Assembly (NCBI GenBank): GCA_012295275.1
Contig: CM022672.1
Span: forward strand, 23,126,001 to 23,190,000
From: Chrysomallon squamiferum
Taxonomy: Eukaryota > Animalia > Mollusca
DNA length: 64,000 nt
Direction: 5' to 3'
Each line of letters begins with the position of its first letter. Within the stretch, counting starts at the first letter, position 1. Positions 13,900-26,477 of this stretch are shown here, in pieces. The translations under genes and the position numbers were made by a program. The notes under the pieces are model-generated. The model did no database searches. It worked only from the letters and a program-made list of their open reading frames with translations, and was not told where the DNA came from.

Positions 13900-14260
13900 A
13901 TTGGAAGCTGGAGGAAGAAGAATGTACAGGTCTTCACCGGAAGTTGTTGGTTCGCGCTTTATTTGGTTACGCAACACAAAGCAGACGACAGTTACTTCTT
14001 GTCAGCGACATCTGCGTTGTCGTCTGAAATTTCATACTGATTGTGTTGATGTTTGCAGGAAAATTCCTTAAATTGTCGCAGTGACAGCAGAACAAACACG
14101 TCGTAATAGCTTAACTCCGTCAAACATCTGTAAACAGGGTTCGAAAACGCAAAGACCAATCGTGGTCCTGGGTCCTAAATTGTGACAAACATGGCGCTAA
14201 TGCTGAACAAGCAGTTGTGTCGGCAAGGAATGCATTGGAATAGAAACAAAACAGTTAAAG
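13900..14260. promoter_or_regulatory. CpG-rich enhancer-like island
   Basis: Consensus ETS site ACCGGAAGT 13936-13944, AGCAGACGA 13980-13988, YY1-like AACATGGCG 14188-14196. Confidence 0.4.
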
Positions 14261-15080
14261 CAAATAATTACAGGCACACCTTTCGCTAATATCTCGAATA
14301 CAGTATTTCCTTGTGTTTCTAAGTTCAAATGTACGAAATAAGAATTCCGAACATATTGGTAATTATATTACTAAGTCCTGAGTTCTTATTTGGAACTGTT
14401 ATTAAGAGCGATGTGTAGTAAACGTTTCTTTATCATAATTATTTTGTTTTAATATTGTCAGTATTAAATTTTGAATATTGGAAGCTATGTAAGTAATTTA
14501 ACCTGTAATTATTTTTAATATTAGTAATTGGAATTGTGACAAAAAATCGAATGATAAAAGAACAATAATATTTTATTTTTGATATTGGTAAACATTTGAA
14601 ATTGTTTTTCAACGACGAAAGCGAATGTGTCTTGAATTTCATTATTACATAACGAGATATTTGACACTTAAAAGCCGTTTCTTCAAAATACGTTCTAAAA
14701 TGTCGCTAAATAAACCCTTATTCACTGGCTATCCGGGCAAACAAAGGAACATATGGCGTTAAAAAAGATACGGATAAAAACAAAACAAAATATACGATGG
14801 ACATTTGACCATCACGGTCTGTGAAAAGGATACTAGTGCCAAGGAGATGTCAACTGACCATCTGTCCAGTACTTCGGACAGAAACAATTAGGAACGTGTC
14901 AGTGAAGTGAATCGGATATCAGAGTTTCATTAAACAAATTTTACAATCTTAATGCCTCATTGATTTCGTTGATAAGTTTTTAATGACACATGATTAAATT
15001 ATAACGTGTTGGTAATTATGTATGGTACACTTTTACAAGTAAAGAAATGAACACTAAAGGGAAAATTTTGAAAAAGTAAT

Positions 15081-15242
<162 letters not shown>

Positions 15243-15855
15243 ACGTTAAGGTTTTGAAGAAAGTCTAACAAAGTTTGAAATCAGTGAACCTATAACAACT
15301 ATGTATATATATACACTTGGAGGAAATATATCATGTTTTTTTTTTAGGCTATTGCACTCCAGCTGTAGTATTAGAATTTTATTACCACAGGTGCATATAC
15401 AGCTTTTAGTTTTGGCTTTGAATTGGAAAATCTTTGGAAATGTTTAGACGAGAATTTGATTCTTAGTGCAAATATATCTATATGAAATTTTCTCATACAA
15501 AAGAAGAAAAATAAGAAATGCAAAGGGTTTATGTGTCTGATATAAAATAATATATAAAAAAAACCGCATATAATGGTTGTGCATCGCGGAAAAAGATAAG
15601 CAATATATAAAACATTTTATTAATCTCTCCAAACAAATAAATTTTATATATATATATAGATATGTTTTCAGTGCAGAAACATATATTTCAGGTATAAATT
15701 TGAAGGTATATCAGAATATGTAATAAATGTGAAAACTATGTACATCGGTTCTATAAAAATTAATCAATTTATCATTTTTCTTCATAGTTCGCACGGGAGG
15801 AACTCAATGGGTGTCAAACCATTGTGTAGAAACTTCGGCATCTTTTCAAAATATT

Positions 15856-15915
15856 CTTACGCCTAATTGTCGAGGTAGCTTTTGTGCTGCTGGTATCGTA
15901 AAAAATCTATTATTA
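15856..15915 (+). mobile_element. SINE 3' tail remnant
   Basis: ACGCCTAATTGTCGAGGTAGCTTTTGTGCTGCTGGTATCGTAAAAA resembles the reverse complement of the tails at 9301 and 31513. Confidence 0.4.
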
Positions 15916-17520
15916 TTGAAGAATATGTGCTGTACTCGGCCAACACCTATTTTAAATGATTAATAAAAAGTTAATAGCAAAATCAGATACGGAGATTAAC
16001 GAACACATAACGACAGACATCACTGATGCTTGCTTGGTGTGATAATGTGTGATAATAAAAAAAGATGAAAAATAATTTTTTTACGTCCAAACAATTTTGT
16101 GGAAGGTGTTTATGAACTTCCAAGATGGTTTAGCATTAGTGAAACTCTGTTGTAGACATTTTCAAGAACGTTGGGGGAAAAAAAAGGTAGAAGCAAAAAA
16201 AAAAAAAAAAAAAAGCTACATAATTATCGGTTTTAGAAGGCATATAACGTGATGTGATAAAAACTTAAGAAATTCCTGTTAACGAATAGCTTTTACTGAC
16301 TTGCTGTCAAAAACTATTACGAGTCTTCAGTTCGTTTGCAATTTTAAACAAAAACAAAATGTTGATGAAGAAGAAAAAAAAAAAAAAAAAAGAAATATTA
16401 ATCTCGAAAAACGTAAGCAGAAGTGTGAATGGAAGAACAAAGAAAAATTAGACTCAGTAAACAGTAAAGAAAGAAGAAGAAATAAAAGAGGAAGTTTAAT
16501 AAAATCGGAAAAAGGTAAAGAAATTTTAAAAAAAAAAAAAAAGAAATAAAATGAAATAAGAAAAGAAAGGAAAAGAAGAAAAAAATAACAACCGGAAAAA
16601 AATAAGCAGAATAATAATAAGAAAAAGGTAAAGAAGAATTTCACAATGAGAAACAGGATGAATAAATAACACTAAGTAATCCGGGAAGAAGAAAACAGCA
16701 GCTTTCAGTAAGTTATCAGTTTGGCAGGTTTTTGCAGGATGAAGAGTTCAAACTGCTTTCAGAGGTTTTGGCAGACATTTTCAGAATGTCTGAATCGCAT
16801 GTGGGTGTTCGCATGTTCATATTTCATGCGTTTTATTCTCACTGTAAATGAAACGAACGCGAAAAGAGCAGCATTGGTAAACTTAATTAATGTCAGATGA
16901 AAACCGCCAATACGAAATATATTCAAGAAATAATTACTGCAATTAAAACTGGTGAAGTGAGAAATTTCTTTAAAAAGAATAAAACCTTTGCATGAATTTC
17001 AATGTGTATTTGAAATCATTTCGAAAAACACCAAGAAAATTCCAAACAACAGCAACAGTAACAACAACACCAACACCAACAGGCAACAGATAAAAACCAT
17101 TTATACTCCACCGTCGTGTTTTCTGTCATCTCACTTTTTTTTTATAGCTTCTATGCAATGATGTTATTGTTACAATAATTAGAATTAACACGGAGTCCTG
17201 ACTTCGTATTTAATGACTTGCAAATATTGTAGTTTATTTTTACAAAAACCAGTTTGAAACTATAAAAGAAGTGAATTAAGGTAGATGGAGGTCAGAATAT
17301 TGTAACAAGCATACTATATTGTTAGGGGGTGTCAAAGACATATTTACGCTATACATACAGGAGATTGTACAAACACTGAATACATATTTACAATGTACAC
17401 TTCAGCTTATTTACCGTTCACACCTTATGACAACCTGTCAAGGATGAAGTCACACTGTAATGTCGTTCCCTAACTTTATCACACTATAGAAGAAAGTTGT
17501 ATTTTGAAACGAAAAAGAAA

Positions 17521-17640
17521 GAGACAGAGTAGCTGGGTAGTTACAGCGTTGTTGGGTCCTTTCACACCAGTTCACCTGTTTCACTGTTTCTTGTTCCAGA
17601 GGTTTTTTTATATGAATAATGTAATCAAAAGGCCGGGCTG
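17521..17640 (+). mobile_element. SINE 5' remnant
   Basis: GTAGCTGGGTAG (A-box-like) ..TTTCTTGTTCCAG..GTAATCAAAAGGCCG, colinear with the first half of the 23420 copy. Confidence 0.35.
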
Positions 17641-19059
17641 AGATAAATAAACACCAGTAGATAAAAATAAGATATATATGTAAACATTTCTAAAGATAAT
17701 TATGTTAAAAAAAAAAAAAAAAATAAAAAAATAAAAATAAAAATAAAAATGAAACAAAATATGACGAAACACTATCTTGAGAGAAAAATATTTACTTTAA
17801 AAACAACCCCCGAAATAAATAAATAAATAAATTTAAAATATTTTCAGAAATAAATTAAAAGGACAATAATTCAGTCATTCTGTCCAGTTTTCATACCGGC
17901 TTCCAGTTAAAGCTATTGACAGATACCTTTCTATTAGTAAAACTATTACAACTGCATGCTGATAAATTGATTAGAAAACTTCATTAGTCATTGTTAGACC
18001 ACATTTAAACATGTAACAATTTCATCCATTGATTTTATAAACATTCTAAAATATTCATATTGTAAGTGATGTATTCAAACATTCTTGTTTGATGTATCGA
18101 TTCTAAAATCAATATACGACCATTGAAACATAACAGTTATAGTATATGTGTTATGATAATTTTCCCGATTTCTGTGCTTATTGACGAATGATGGAAGTTA
18201 TCATTGAGATATAAGTCTAGTGTTACTGATAGTAAATACAGACAGTAAAACAATTCATTTCTTACAGTATTAATCTATTTAGATATAATTATAATAAAAA
18301 CTAGCAGCACTAAGAAAGTTAAAACAGCATTTCTCTCAACATTGTATTTATTTGAAACATGAAAATCCTGTTTTTTTTAATCGTAAAGACTGTATACTTT
18401 ATCATTACTTAAATAACAAGTTTTTACAAACAAACTTCACCATAAACGGCTACTATTTATCTACAGTAAGCCGGAAATGAAAATCCAAAATGACTGGAAG
18501 AATTTGTTTTATCTGAGGTGAGTTATGGTGAAAAAAGTTTTTAAACCCTCCCCCTCTAAAGAGAATACTGCAACTTATTTTTAACTATATCATCTTTATC
18601 TGAATTTTACTGCATTCAACTTGTTTTTTTTACCAAGTAAAAGCTGCCAACAAAATTTAAACAAAAGATATCTTCAAAACTTGTGTAGATAATGTCTGCT
18701 TTCTGATAGAAGCTTTTAAAAGAAAGTGGATGTATTCTTTAAAACTATTTATTTCAAAAAGAAAAAAAATCCTTGAGAAAATGTTTTAAACAGAAATATT
18801 TGTAAAAGACGAGTACATGCTTCAGAAGAAGGCATTAGAGATATACTGGCTTATATTTACATAGCAGACAATGACCAGTCCAGACTTTTCTGTTTTTTTG
18901 TATCACATATTGACCTTTCTCAAACAACTGTCTGTATGTCTATTGTGGCAATCATATACATCTATTATTCTGGAGGTCTGGCATTAGTCGCCTTATTGAA
19001 GTTTAATCTTTACCCTTTGGCATGAAGTCTGTTAAAGGGCCGGCAACAAAAACAACACT

Positions 19060-19480
19060 GATTAATAAATAAACCAGAAGGTCAAAAGTCGTGTGTGAGT
19101 CTCATTCTAATTGCAAGATTCAGCAGAAGAGAAAGTGAAAGTTTATACTTACCGCTTAATTCATTGAAATAATGAGGTCTTATTTTTTAAACTGAAAAAT
19201 GTCTTTTGTTCTTTATTTGCATTCCGATATAAAAGGTCAAAGAGCGCTGAGTACGTTTCATTGAAAGACCATTTCTAAACGCTAACTAATTTCCTCGTGC
19301 TGCTAAGAAAGCCGAGTTGTGCTTATAAAAGGAATAAGGGCTAACGCTGCAGGTGCCCTTGCTAAACACCATTGTTTGACGGTCTAGAGAACACCGGGGG
19401 TTAAAAATCGCCAAGCGGTTAACAATATCACCCGATATGTAGTGCGTTATAGTTCTGAGTGAAGTTGCAAACAATCACCA
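19060..19480. promoter_or_regulatory. GC-enriched island with nuclear-receptor-type sites
   Basis: DR1-like AGGTCA-A-AAGTCG 19079-19091, AGGTCA 19234-19239, CAGGTG E-box. Confidence 0.3.
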
Positions 19481-19682
19481 TGAGGCTCAATTTCTGATTC
19501 TTGTTCTCTCTCTCTCTATTGTTGTTTGAATCTGTTTGTCGGTGTACGAGGAAATATCACACGAAATATCAATCTGAATATACGAGGAAATATCAAGTCT
19601 GATTCTCCACTTAAAATATGTTTTTAACTACAAAGAATAAATGGCAGATTTGGTTTGCCCCTTAAGCAGATTGGGATACAAC

Positions 19683-19781
19683 AATATAATACAATAACAC
19701 TTGTGTTTATTGACAATGTAAGCTATTGGAGTATAATAATATAATACAATAACGTCTGTATTTATTGACAATATAGCTATT
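19683..19781. repeat. Tandem duplication, ~55-bp period
   Basis: AATATAATACAATAAC....TGT.TTTATTGACAAT..AGCTATT occurs twice. Confidence 0.85.
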
Positions 19782-20374
19782 TATTTAATGAAATGACCGA
19801 GAAGTGAATAAGTGAAGAGCTAAATGAGATTATTGTACTGAACTTTTACGTTCTTATTTCTGACCATGTTATTTCATTCTTTGTAGTCGGTCACGCGTGA
19901 AAAGAAATACAAAACAAACGAACGAAAAATGTTAAGAATTAGAACAAAAAACCTTTCTTAAAAAGTAGGAAAAAAAAAAAAAAGAAGATAAAAGAATACC
20001 CAAAATACAACTTAAGGTATTTATTTATTCATCTGTTCACCCGTCAAGGATTATCCTGAAACAACTGTAAAAACAAAAATCAAAATGAAAGGAAGACTAT
20101 TTGATCAAAGTCGTGAATTATTTGTGTATAAAGGGATACTAGGTGTAAACATACACGTTGTAGATATATTATTTTTAGTAATGATACTTTGAAAGAGAAA
20201 TTTTCTTGCTACGTTTAGTTACTCTCGATGATTAGTAAGAGAACAGAATTGAAAACACACAATTTTCTTTGATACATCAGCTGTACTGTGTTGTCTGGAA
20301 CGAGGAGACAAAGGGACGCACGGAAAATTTGTGCAGTGAACGCTCTAATTATATACTTCATTCTACTTTTGTTC

Positions 20375-20590
20375 TTTATCCGAATACTTATTGCTTCTTT
20401 AAATATCCAAATACTGCATCTTTTCATATTTATCCAAATATTATATATTTTTTTTTTTTTATTCGAATACTTATCTCTTTTTTAACCGAATGGTGTCTTT
20501 GTTTTAATTTTTATCTGAATACAGTATCTTTTTTTTTTTTATTTCGAATACTTTATCTCTTTTTCATCCGAATAGTGTATCTTTTCTTCG
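20375..20590. repeat. Degenerate minisatellite, ~8 units of 25-30 bp, core ATCCGAATAC plus T-tract
   Basis: Successive cores ATCCGAATAC, ATCCAAATAC, ATCCAAATAT, ATTCGAATAC, ACCGAATGG, ATCTGAATAC, TTTCGAATAC, ATCCGAATAG. Confidence 0.8.
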
Positions 20591-22107
20591 ACTTACTTTT
20601 TTTCTTTCTTTTTATCTTATCGTATTTCTTTAACTAGAAGAGTTTGATTTGTAAAAGATAAATTACAACTTAAACGCACATCTGACGTCCAGTTCGACTG
20701 ATCGATCTTGACATAATGATGTCGTGTCAGTGTTTGCTAAGACAATAAAGTCTTAATATCAGACAGCTGTGTGGAAACAAAAACACGACAATCAGAACTC
20801 GTCTAGTCAAACACTGGGAATTAACTGTAATTCTTGTTCATCCTGAAATGACCTTCTCTCCTACGTGAAAAGAAAATCGACAACAAATTATTACAAATAT
20901 GGAAGAAAAAAAAGAAGTGTTTTTTTTTGAAAAATGAAAAAAAAAAAAAAAAAAAAAAAAAAATTCAAAATATCGAAATCCCACATAGTTATAGAAAGCC
21001 AAATGACAAACAAAAGATTCATTTTCATGCTTCTCTGCCATCATACGTGGAAAGTGTTGTATTCATAATTATTTTGAGATATCCTTCTAAAAAATAATAC
21101 AGATAGAATGAAGACTTAAAAGAATCAAAAACAAAGAAAATAACGAGAAGAAAAGGCGAAAAGCGAACTATTGAAAATGTTCCTACAGAATGCTTAGATA
21201 CTGTGAAAGACATTTCATCTCATTTCCTTCTATGCTTTTGAAGAATTCCGGCTTTCAGCGTCTTTCATTCTTTGAAAATACTCCCATCTTTTTATTAAAG
21301 TCATAAAAAATACATATTTTATTTAGATTTTAAAAATAATTCTGTAAAAAATATTAACATTTCTCTTCTGAATTTTTAAAGATTATCTCTATTTTCTTCT
21401 TCGAATTTGTTTATGTATTATCATTTAAAAAAAAAAAAAATCTCTAAAACATACCATCATCATTCACTTGTAAGTAATCTTTTCTTAAAATACCATTAGT
21501 TTTGTTCAGAATTGTTTAAAAATGTCACAATTTTTCACTCGTCGTTTCTTAAAATAACAGCACATCTCTTTTGAATTTTCTCTTTTCGTTAGTTCAGGTG
21601 TTTTTTTTCTTTTTAAATGTTGTGGAAAAACACAAGAACAGTCAGACTGAATCATGTGTCATTTGGCACGGAACACAAACGTGCATAATGGCTGATGTAA
21701 ACTAGCAGAAATTTACGTTTCTTGTTAAGTGGGTGACGATTTCTTACCCTCACATGTACTGAATGTAAGTTCACATGTTCAGAATTATATTTTTATATTT
21801 TTTTTTTTAAAACAGACGAGCAAACAAAAATAAAAGCACTTGGAAAAAAAAAAAAAAAAAAAAAAAAGAACAAACGTACACAAAATAATTACAGACACAA
21901 ACAACTGCAGGCACAATTTTCGTAGTTCAGTCGTACTTACGTACTCAGATTACATTCACATATATAATAATACATACATATATGCAAACATACATAAAAC
22001 ATACATAAATACATTCTTAAAACATACGTGTATTAACAGTTAAATATATAGTTAGATGTATGAATATATAAAAAAAAAAAAAAAACACATGAAAACAAAC
22101 AAGCACA

Positions 22108-22109
<2 letters not shown>

Positions 22110-22144
<35 letters not shown>

Positions 22145-22206
22145 CCTCTCCTCCTCCCTCTCTCTCTCTCCCTCTCCTCTCCTCTCTCTCTCCCCCTTTC
22201 TCTCTT

Positions 22207-22305
<99 letters not shown>

Positions 22306-22327
22306 CTCACACACACACACACACACA
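22110..22327. repeat. (CT)n/(CA)n compound microsatellite
   Basis: Direct observation. Confidence 0.97.
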
Positions 22328-22559
22328 AAAGAAATTTTCATGCATACAGCTTATATGAATTCTGAATACAAGAACATTCCTTATTTATGTCTTTCATATT
22401 TATCTAACGAACATTAAGTACAGTCAGACAAAGCTACAAAAACAACATCCCTAAATCAAAAGGAAACTATTATTATTGTTAATAACAACACTGTAATGAC
22501 TATTTGCAAAACATGTATCCCGGGCAACAAATACACAGTAGGAATTCAATCCTATTTTC

Positions 22560-22720
22560 TTAACAACAAGTTCGAGTACGGAAACATCAGACGTTGATCC
22601 CACAGCGCGAGGCTCGGGTCGAAGTAAACGCATGCACCAATCAAAACGAAGAACACGTGTAGCCGTGCAGTTCTGATATAATCGCTATGCTCCCCTCCCG
22701 CGGGGTGAGTGGGAGGTACG
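22560..22720. promoter_or_regulatory. Small CpG-rich island
   Basis: CCAATC and CACGTG within a dense CpG patch; X-box-like site just to the left (22515-22528). Confidence 0.3.
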
Positions 22721-23419
22721 ATAGTCTTTCAAAGAAAAGAAAAGTATAGTTTACAAAGTGATGTTTATAAAACATACGAGGTTTAATTATAGCGAGAGAA
22801 GCTAGGGTTAGTTGTAGTATAAAAGTGAGAGTGGTTTTCAGGATAACATTCTCATCTAACGAAAATGCATTTTTGCTTTGAAGGAGGTATAATTAAATAA
22901 ATGAAATCGCAACAACAACAACAATAATAATAAAATGCCCGTAATTGTTCATATAAATATTTATAAGGCATCAAAATCTTTAAATACCATTGTCAACAGC
23001 AGCCGAAGTAATAACAAAATAATAACATGATAATACCTTTAAAACATAATCTGTTAGTTAAATAAAATATCTAATGCAGTTAGTCTGAAAAAAAAGAAAT
23101 GTATATGTCTATACTGTTTTGTTTCGACAGAACAGTCTTAGAATTACCAGTCTGTTAGAACGCCTGGTTAAACAAACCACCGCCACAAGACCTGAAGATA
23201 CACAAATTAAATGTAATCAGTGACTGTTTTCTTCTCTTGTCTTATCTCTCAACTTTCACTAGCACAGACTTCTCGTGGGCGTGCATGACAAACGTACTTG
23301 AATAATTAGTACACTTTTAAAATGGTTTATTAAAGACTTAGCTTTTGGTGTAGGCACCTTCCAACGAATGTAATTTGTGATGGCGGCAGGTTTAAGATTA
23401 CAGAGGAACAAGCAAACTG

Positions 23420-23700
23420 AGGATAGGCTGTAGAATAGGTTGGGTTATGACGCAAGTGTCATGGTTGATTGATCAGACGGTCTGTCCTGTTTGCTTGCCC
23501 AATGAACAGTTTCCAGTTACAGCCAGTGATATTTAACTGGTTTACAAAAGACTGAAAAAAAAAAACCCATCTTGTTTGTAAACGAAGAAGTTTAGCCTAT
23601 TACTTCACTTCTGCATTTCTTCGCTCTTTATCCAAGTAAGTTAAATTAAAGAAACCAATGTGTTCAGTACGTCGTTAAATAAAACACTTCTTGTTTTCTT
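23420..23700 (+). mobile_element. Decayed tRNA-derived SINE (possibly Meta/MESC-type core); best-preserved copy
   Basis: CCCAATGAACAGTTTCCAGTTACAGCCAGTG..ACTGGTTTACAAAAG..TAAACGAAGAAGTTTAGCC..AATGTGTTCAGTACGTCGTTAAATAAAACA follows the block order of a gastropod SINE consensus recalled from memory and matches other copies in the window. Confidence 0.6.
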
Positions 23701-25021
23701 ACTTTGCTTTCGGCCGTTGACTTTTTTCTGTTCATTACAGAAGATTGAATCTCCAGCAAAACTAAGCCGTGGCAAGTGTGACGGCTAACACTTTCAAACA
23801 AAACGAATATTTAGTGTTGTTTTGAGTCCCTAGAAGAGATTGCACCTAGTGATTTGAAGCCATTATCTAGTTCTACAACATTGCCCCTAGTGTTTTCTTG
23901 TGGTGATGGCTGCACCAGATATTCTGTCGTTGTTATACCTCATAAACAATTCGACTGTTAGCTGAGTAACACGTGTAGATATGTCAATACCAACTACAAA
24001 GGGTTGGCGAAAATATAAAGAAAAAAACCCCAACAGCGGTGATTATTTTTGATTCATTATTCTTTTTCTTTTCTTATTTCTTTTTTTTTTTTACAAATGA
24101 AGATAGTCTTTTTATGCTTTCTGTTATTTGCTATTGTAAACAGAATGAATGAATTATTTTGGTGTTCAGAGGATACTTCAAAATGTTTCTGAATATTAAT
24201 GGTAATTTATGGTTAGAAAAGGTTTTTGTTTCCTGATATAGGCGAAGAAACACACTGTGAGCACACAATGGGTTATTATGATACCTGTCGTTATCATCAA
24301 CATCATCATCATTATAATCATCGTCCATTTTCCTCTCCTAATCATCATTTGTGCTATAAAGGAATAAAAGGAACGAAATGAAAATAAAACATCTGTGCCA
24401 AGCAAAACGAACATATTGTTTCTTGAAACCCGTACATAATCCCGAATTTAGTCCGTTTACTTTCCAAACTCTGACTGTTTAGTTTTGTAACAAAAGTTAG
24501 AGACATTATTATTCTTAAGATCTCTGCTTTCAGGCACATGTAACCTCTTAACTCCAACGTAAACAACGTCGGCGACCTCGAGGCCGTTGTAGAGAGTCTT
24601 TTTTGTTGATGTTAGATGCTGTGAGCTGCTACACATATATCTCGTTAATCTTTACACACCGTTTTACAAACAGACTAAATATCTCAAAGCAAATTACAAC
24701 TTTCATTTCTAAGAATCACGACGGAGAACAGTCGATGGGAAATTAGTATCTATTAGTTATGTTTTTTTAAATATCTAATTTTAATTGCTATACGAAATAT
24801 AAAATACCTTTTTTTTTTCGATAACAGTGATAAAAATAACATTAATATCATCATACATAATTATAAAGAACTTCAGCATATTGATCATTACAGATTACTC
24901 GTTTTGCTTCTAGTTAATTATTTTTGTGTACCTTTTCATATTTTCTTCTAGTAATGTGTCAATGTTACTTTTGTTATAGTCGATTAAAACAACGCAGCCT
25001 TGAATCTGTTTCATCCTAAGA

Positions 25022-25580
25022 TACAATTTTAAACTACGAAGTGGGACATCATGTTTGTTAAACATCATTACCATCTTGTTTAATCTACCTGATTATGGCA
25101 AATTGGCATCTGTTTTGTTCAAAATACAATTTTTGAAGACATCCTAATTATTTGCTGAAATCATCTAATATATTCTTTAATTGAAGACACCTGATTTGCA
25201 CCTCATGGCGTCTACTTCGTGCGAAAATATCAGCACCTTCTTTTTAACACAGTGCACCTGACTGGCACATTCTGACATATGTGTAAAATACACGACATAC
25301 CAGCAATCCACATCCTTTTGTCTGCATAGAGGTAATCAGTTAGCCTGCACATTCTTGAATCTCCAACATGTTTACACAGATGACACACATGCAAGTTTGA
25401 CCAATGTCCAGAACGGTTTCCCTCTGGCCGAAATCACTTCCAGAGTTCTTGAAGACTTCTACAACTATTTGACCTTTGGTAATTGTTTCTAGTGGTCTGT
25501 GTGCAGTTCCTGTCACCGCATACAACATCTGTATTGATTTAAGTGTGATGTGGCTCCAAACACGAGTTTCGGTAATACAT
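25022..25580 (+). mobile_element. Possible decayed 5' part of a Tc1/mariner DNA transposon
   Basis: TA-CAATTTTAAACTACGAAGTGGGACA resembles Tc1-type termini; from ~25389 a broken frame reads SLTNVQNGFPLAEITSRV..TFGNCF*WSV..HRIQ, loosely like the Tc1 N-terminal HTH (MPRLTNxQR..FGC..TI.RL). No second TIR seen. Confidence 0.25.
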
Positions 25581-26345
25581 TGATATGCATTGTACAGAAT
25601 TAATATTCAGTGTTATCTAGTTTTACTTATTTTAAGACAAAAGATTCGCGTGTCTACAAAAATTACACCGTCTACTTATAGTTATAATCCATAGAGGCAC
25701 GAGCGGGTTTTACTTTTTAGGATATCATCGTTATACAAACAAGTTTAATATCTGAAATCTATTAATATAAAAATTATTTTGATTTGTTAATCATATAGTT
25801 AAAGACAGGTGATTAACTGATTAATTTACTGACTCGACTATCTTTGTGTACAAAAGAGAGGTTGTTTTTTTCAGATTATTTTGAGAGAAAAACGGTAGAT
25901 AAAATAATGTTTATAAAAATTAATAGCCCAGTGATTCTATCGTTTCCTTAATGTTTGTTTTAATTTACTTTAAATTTATTGCGTGGGATCTAATTTCAGA
26001 ATTTAATCCTACTTGATTTGTGTGATGAAATAATATAAAAAAAAATATATAAACATATAAGCTAGAGCAGATTATACACATACACACCCAACCCTCAACA
26101 AAACTCACCGACTTAAATAAAAAATAAATAAAATAAAATAAAATAAAAAAAAAAAAAAAACAGAAAGAAAAAAGAATGAAAGCTCGTAAAAGTCAAAAGA
26201 AGAGAGTAAAGAAGACGTAAAACTGGAGGATGACAAATATGTATTTCTGAATACCAGACCACCGCGGTCGACTAACAATAACTGCCATCAGGAAAGTATC
26301 ATCTAGTAGTGGTGCTGAAGATGTATGATAAGCGAGTGCCTTGTC

Positions 26346-26477
26346 GTAGACGTTCCAATGATGCAACCGTATCCAGTGACGTCGAGCAAGCAGACGTTCC
26401 AGAGATACAAACGTATCCAGTGACTTCAGGCAAGTGGACATTCCAGTGACACAACAGTATCCAGTGACGTCGGACAT
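26346..26477. repeat. 44-bp tandem repeat, 3 diverged copies
   Basis: Units start at 26346, 26390 and 26434; approximate consensus GTAGACGTTCCAGTGATACAAxxGTATCCAGTGACGTCGxGCAA. Confidence 0.9.

Noticed and set aside
16720-16800. Protein-like plus frame FGRFLQDEEFKLLSEVLADIFRMSESH
   Set aside because: Weak splice signals, no start codon, no recognisable homology; compatible with chance.
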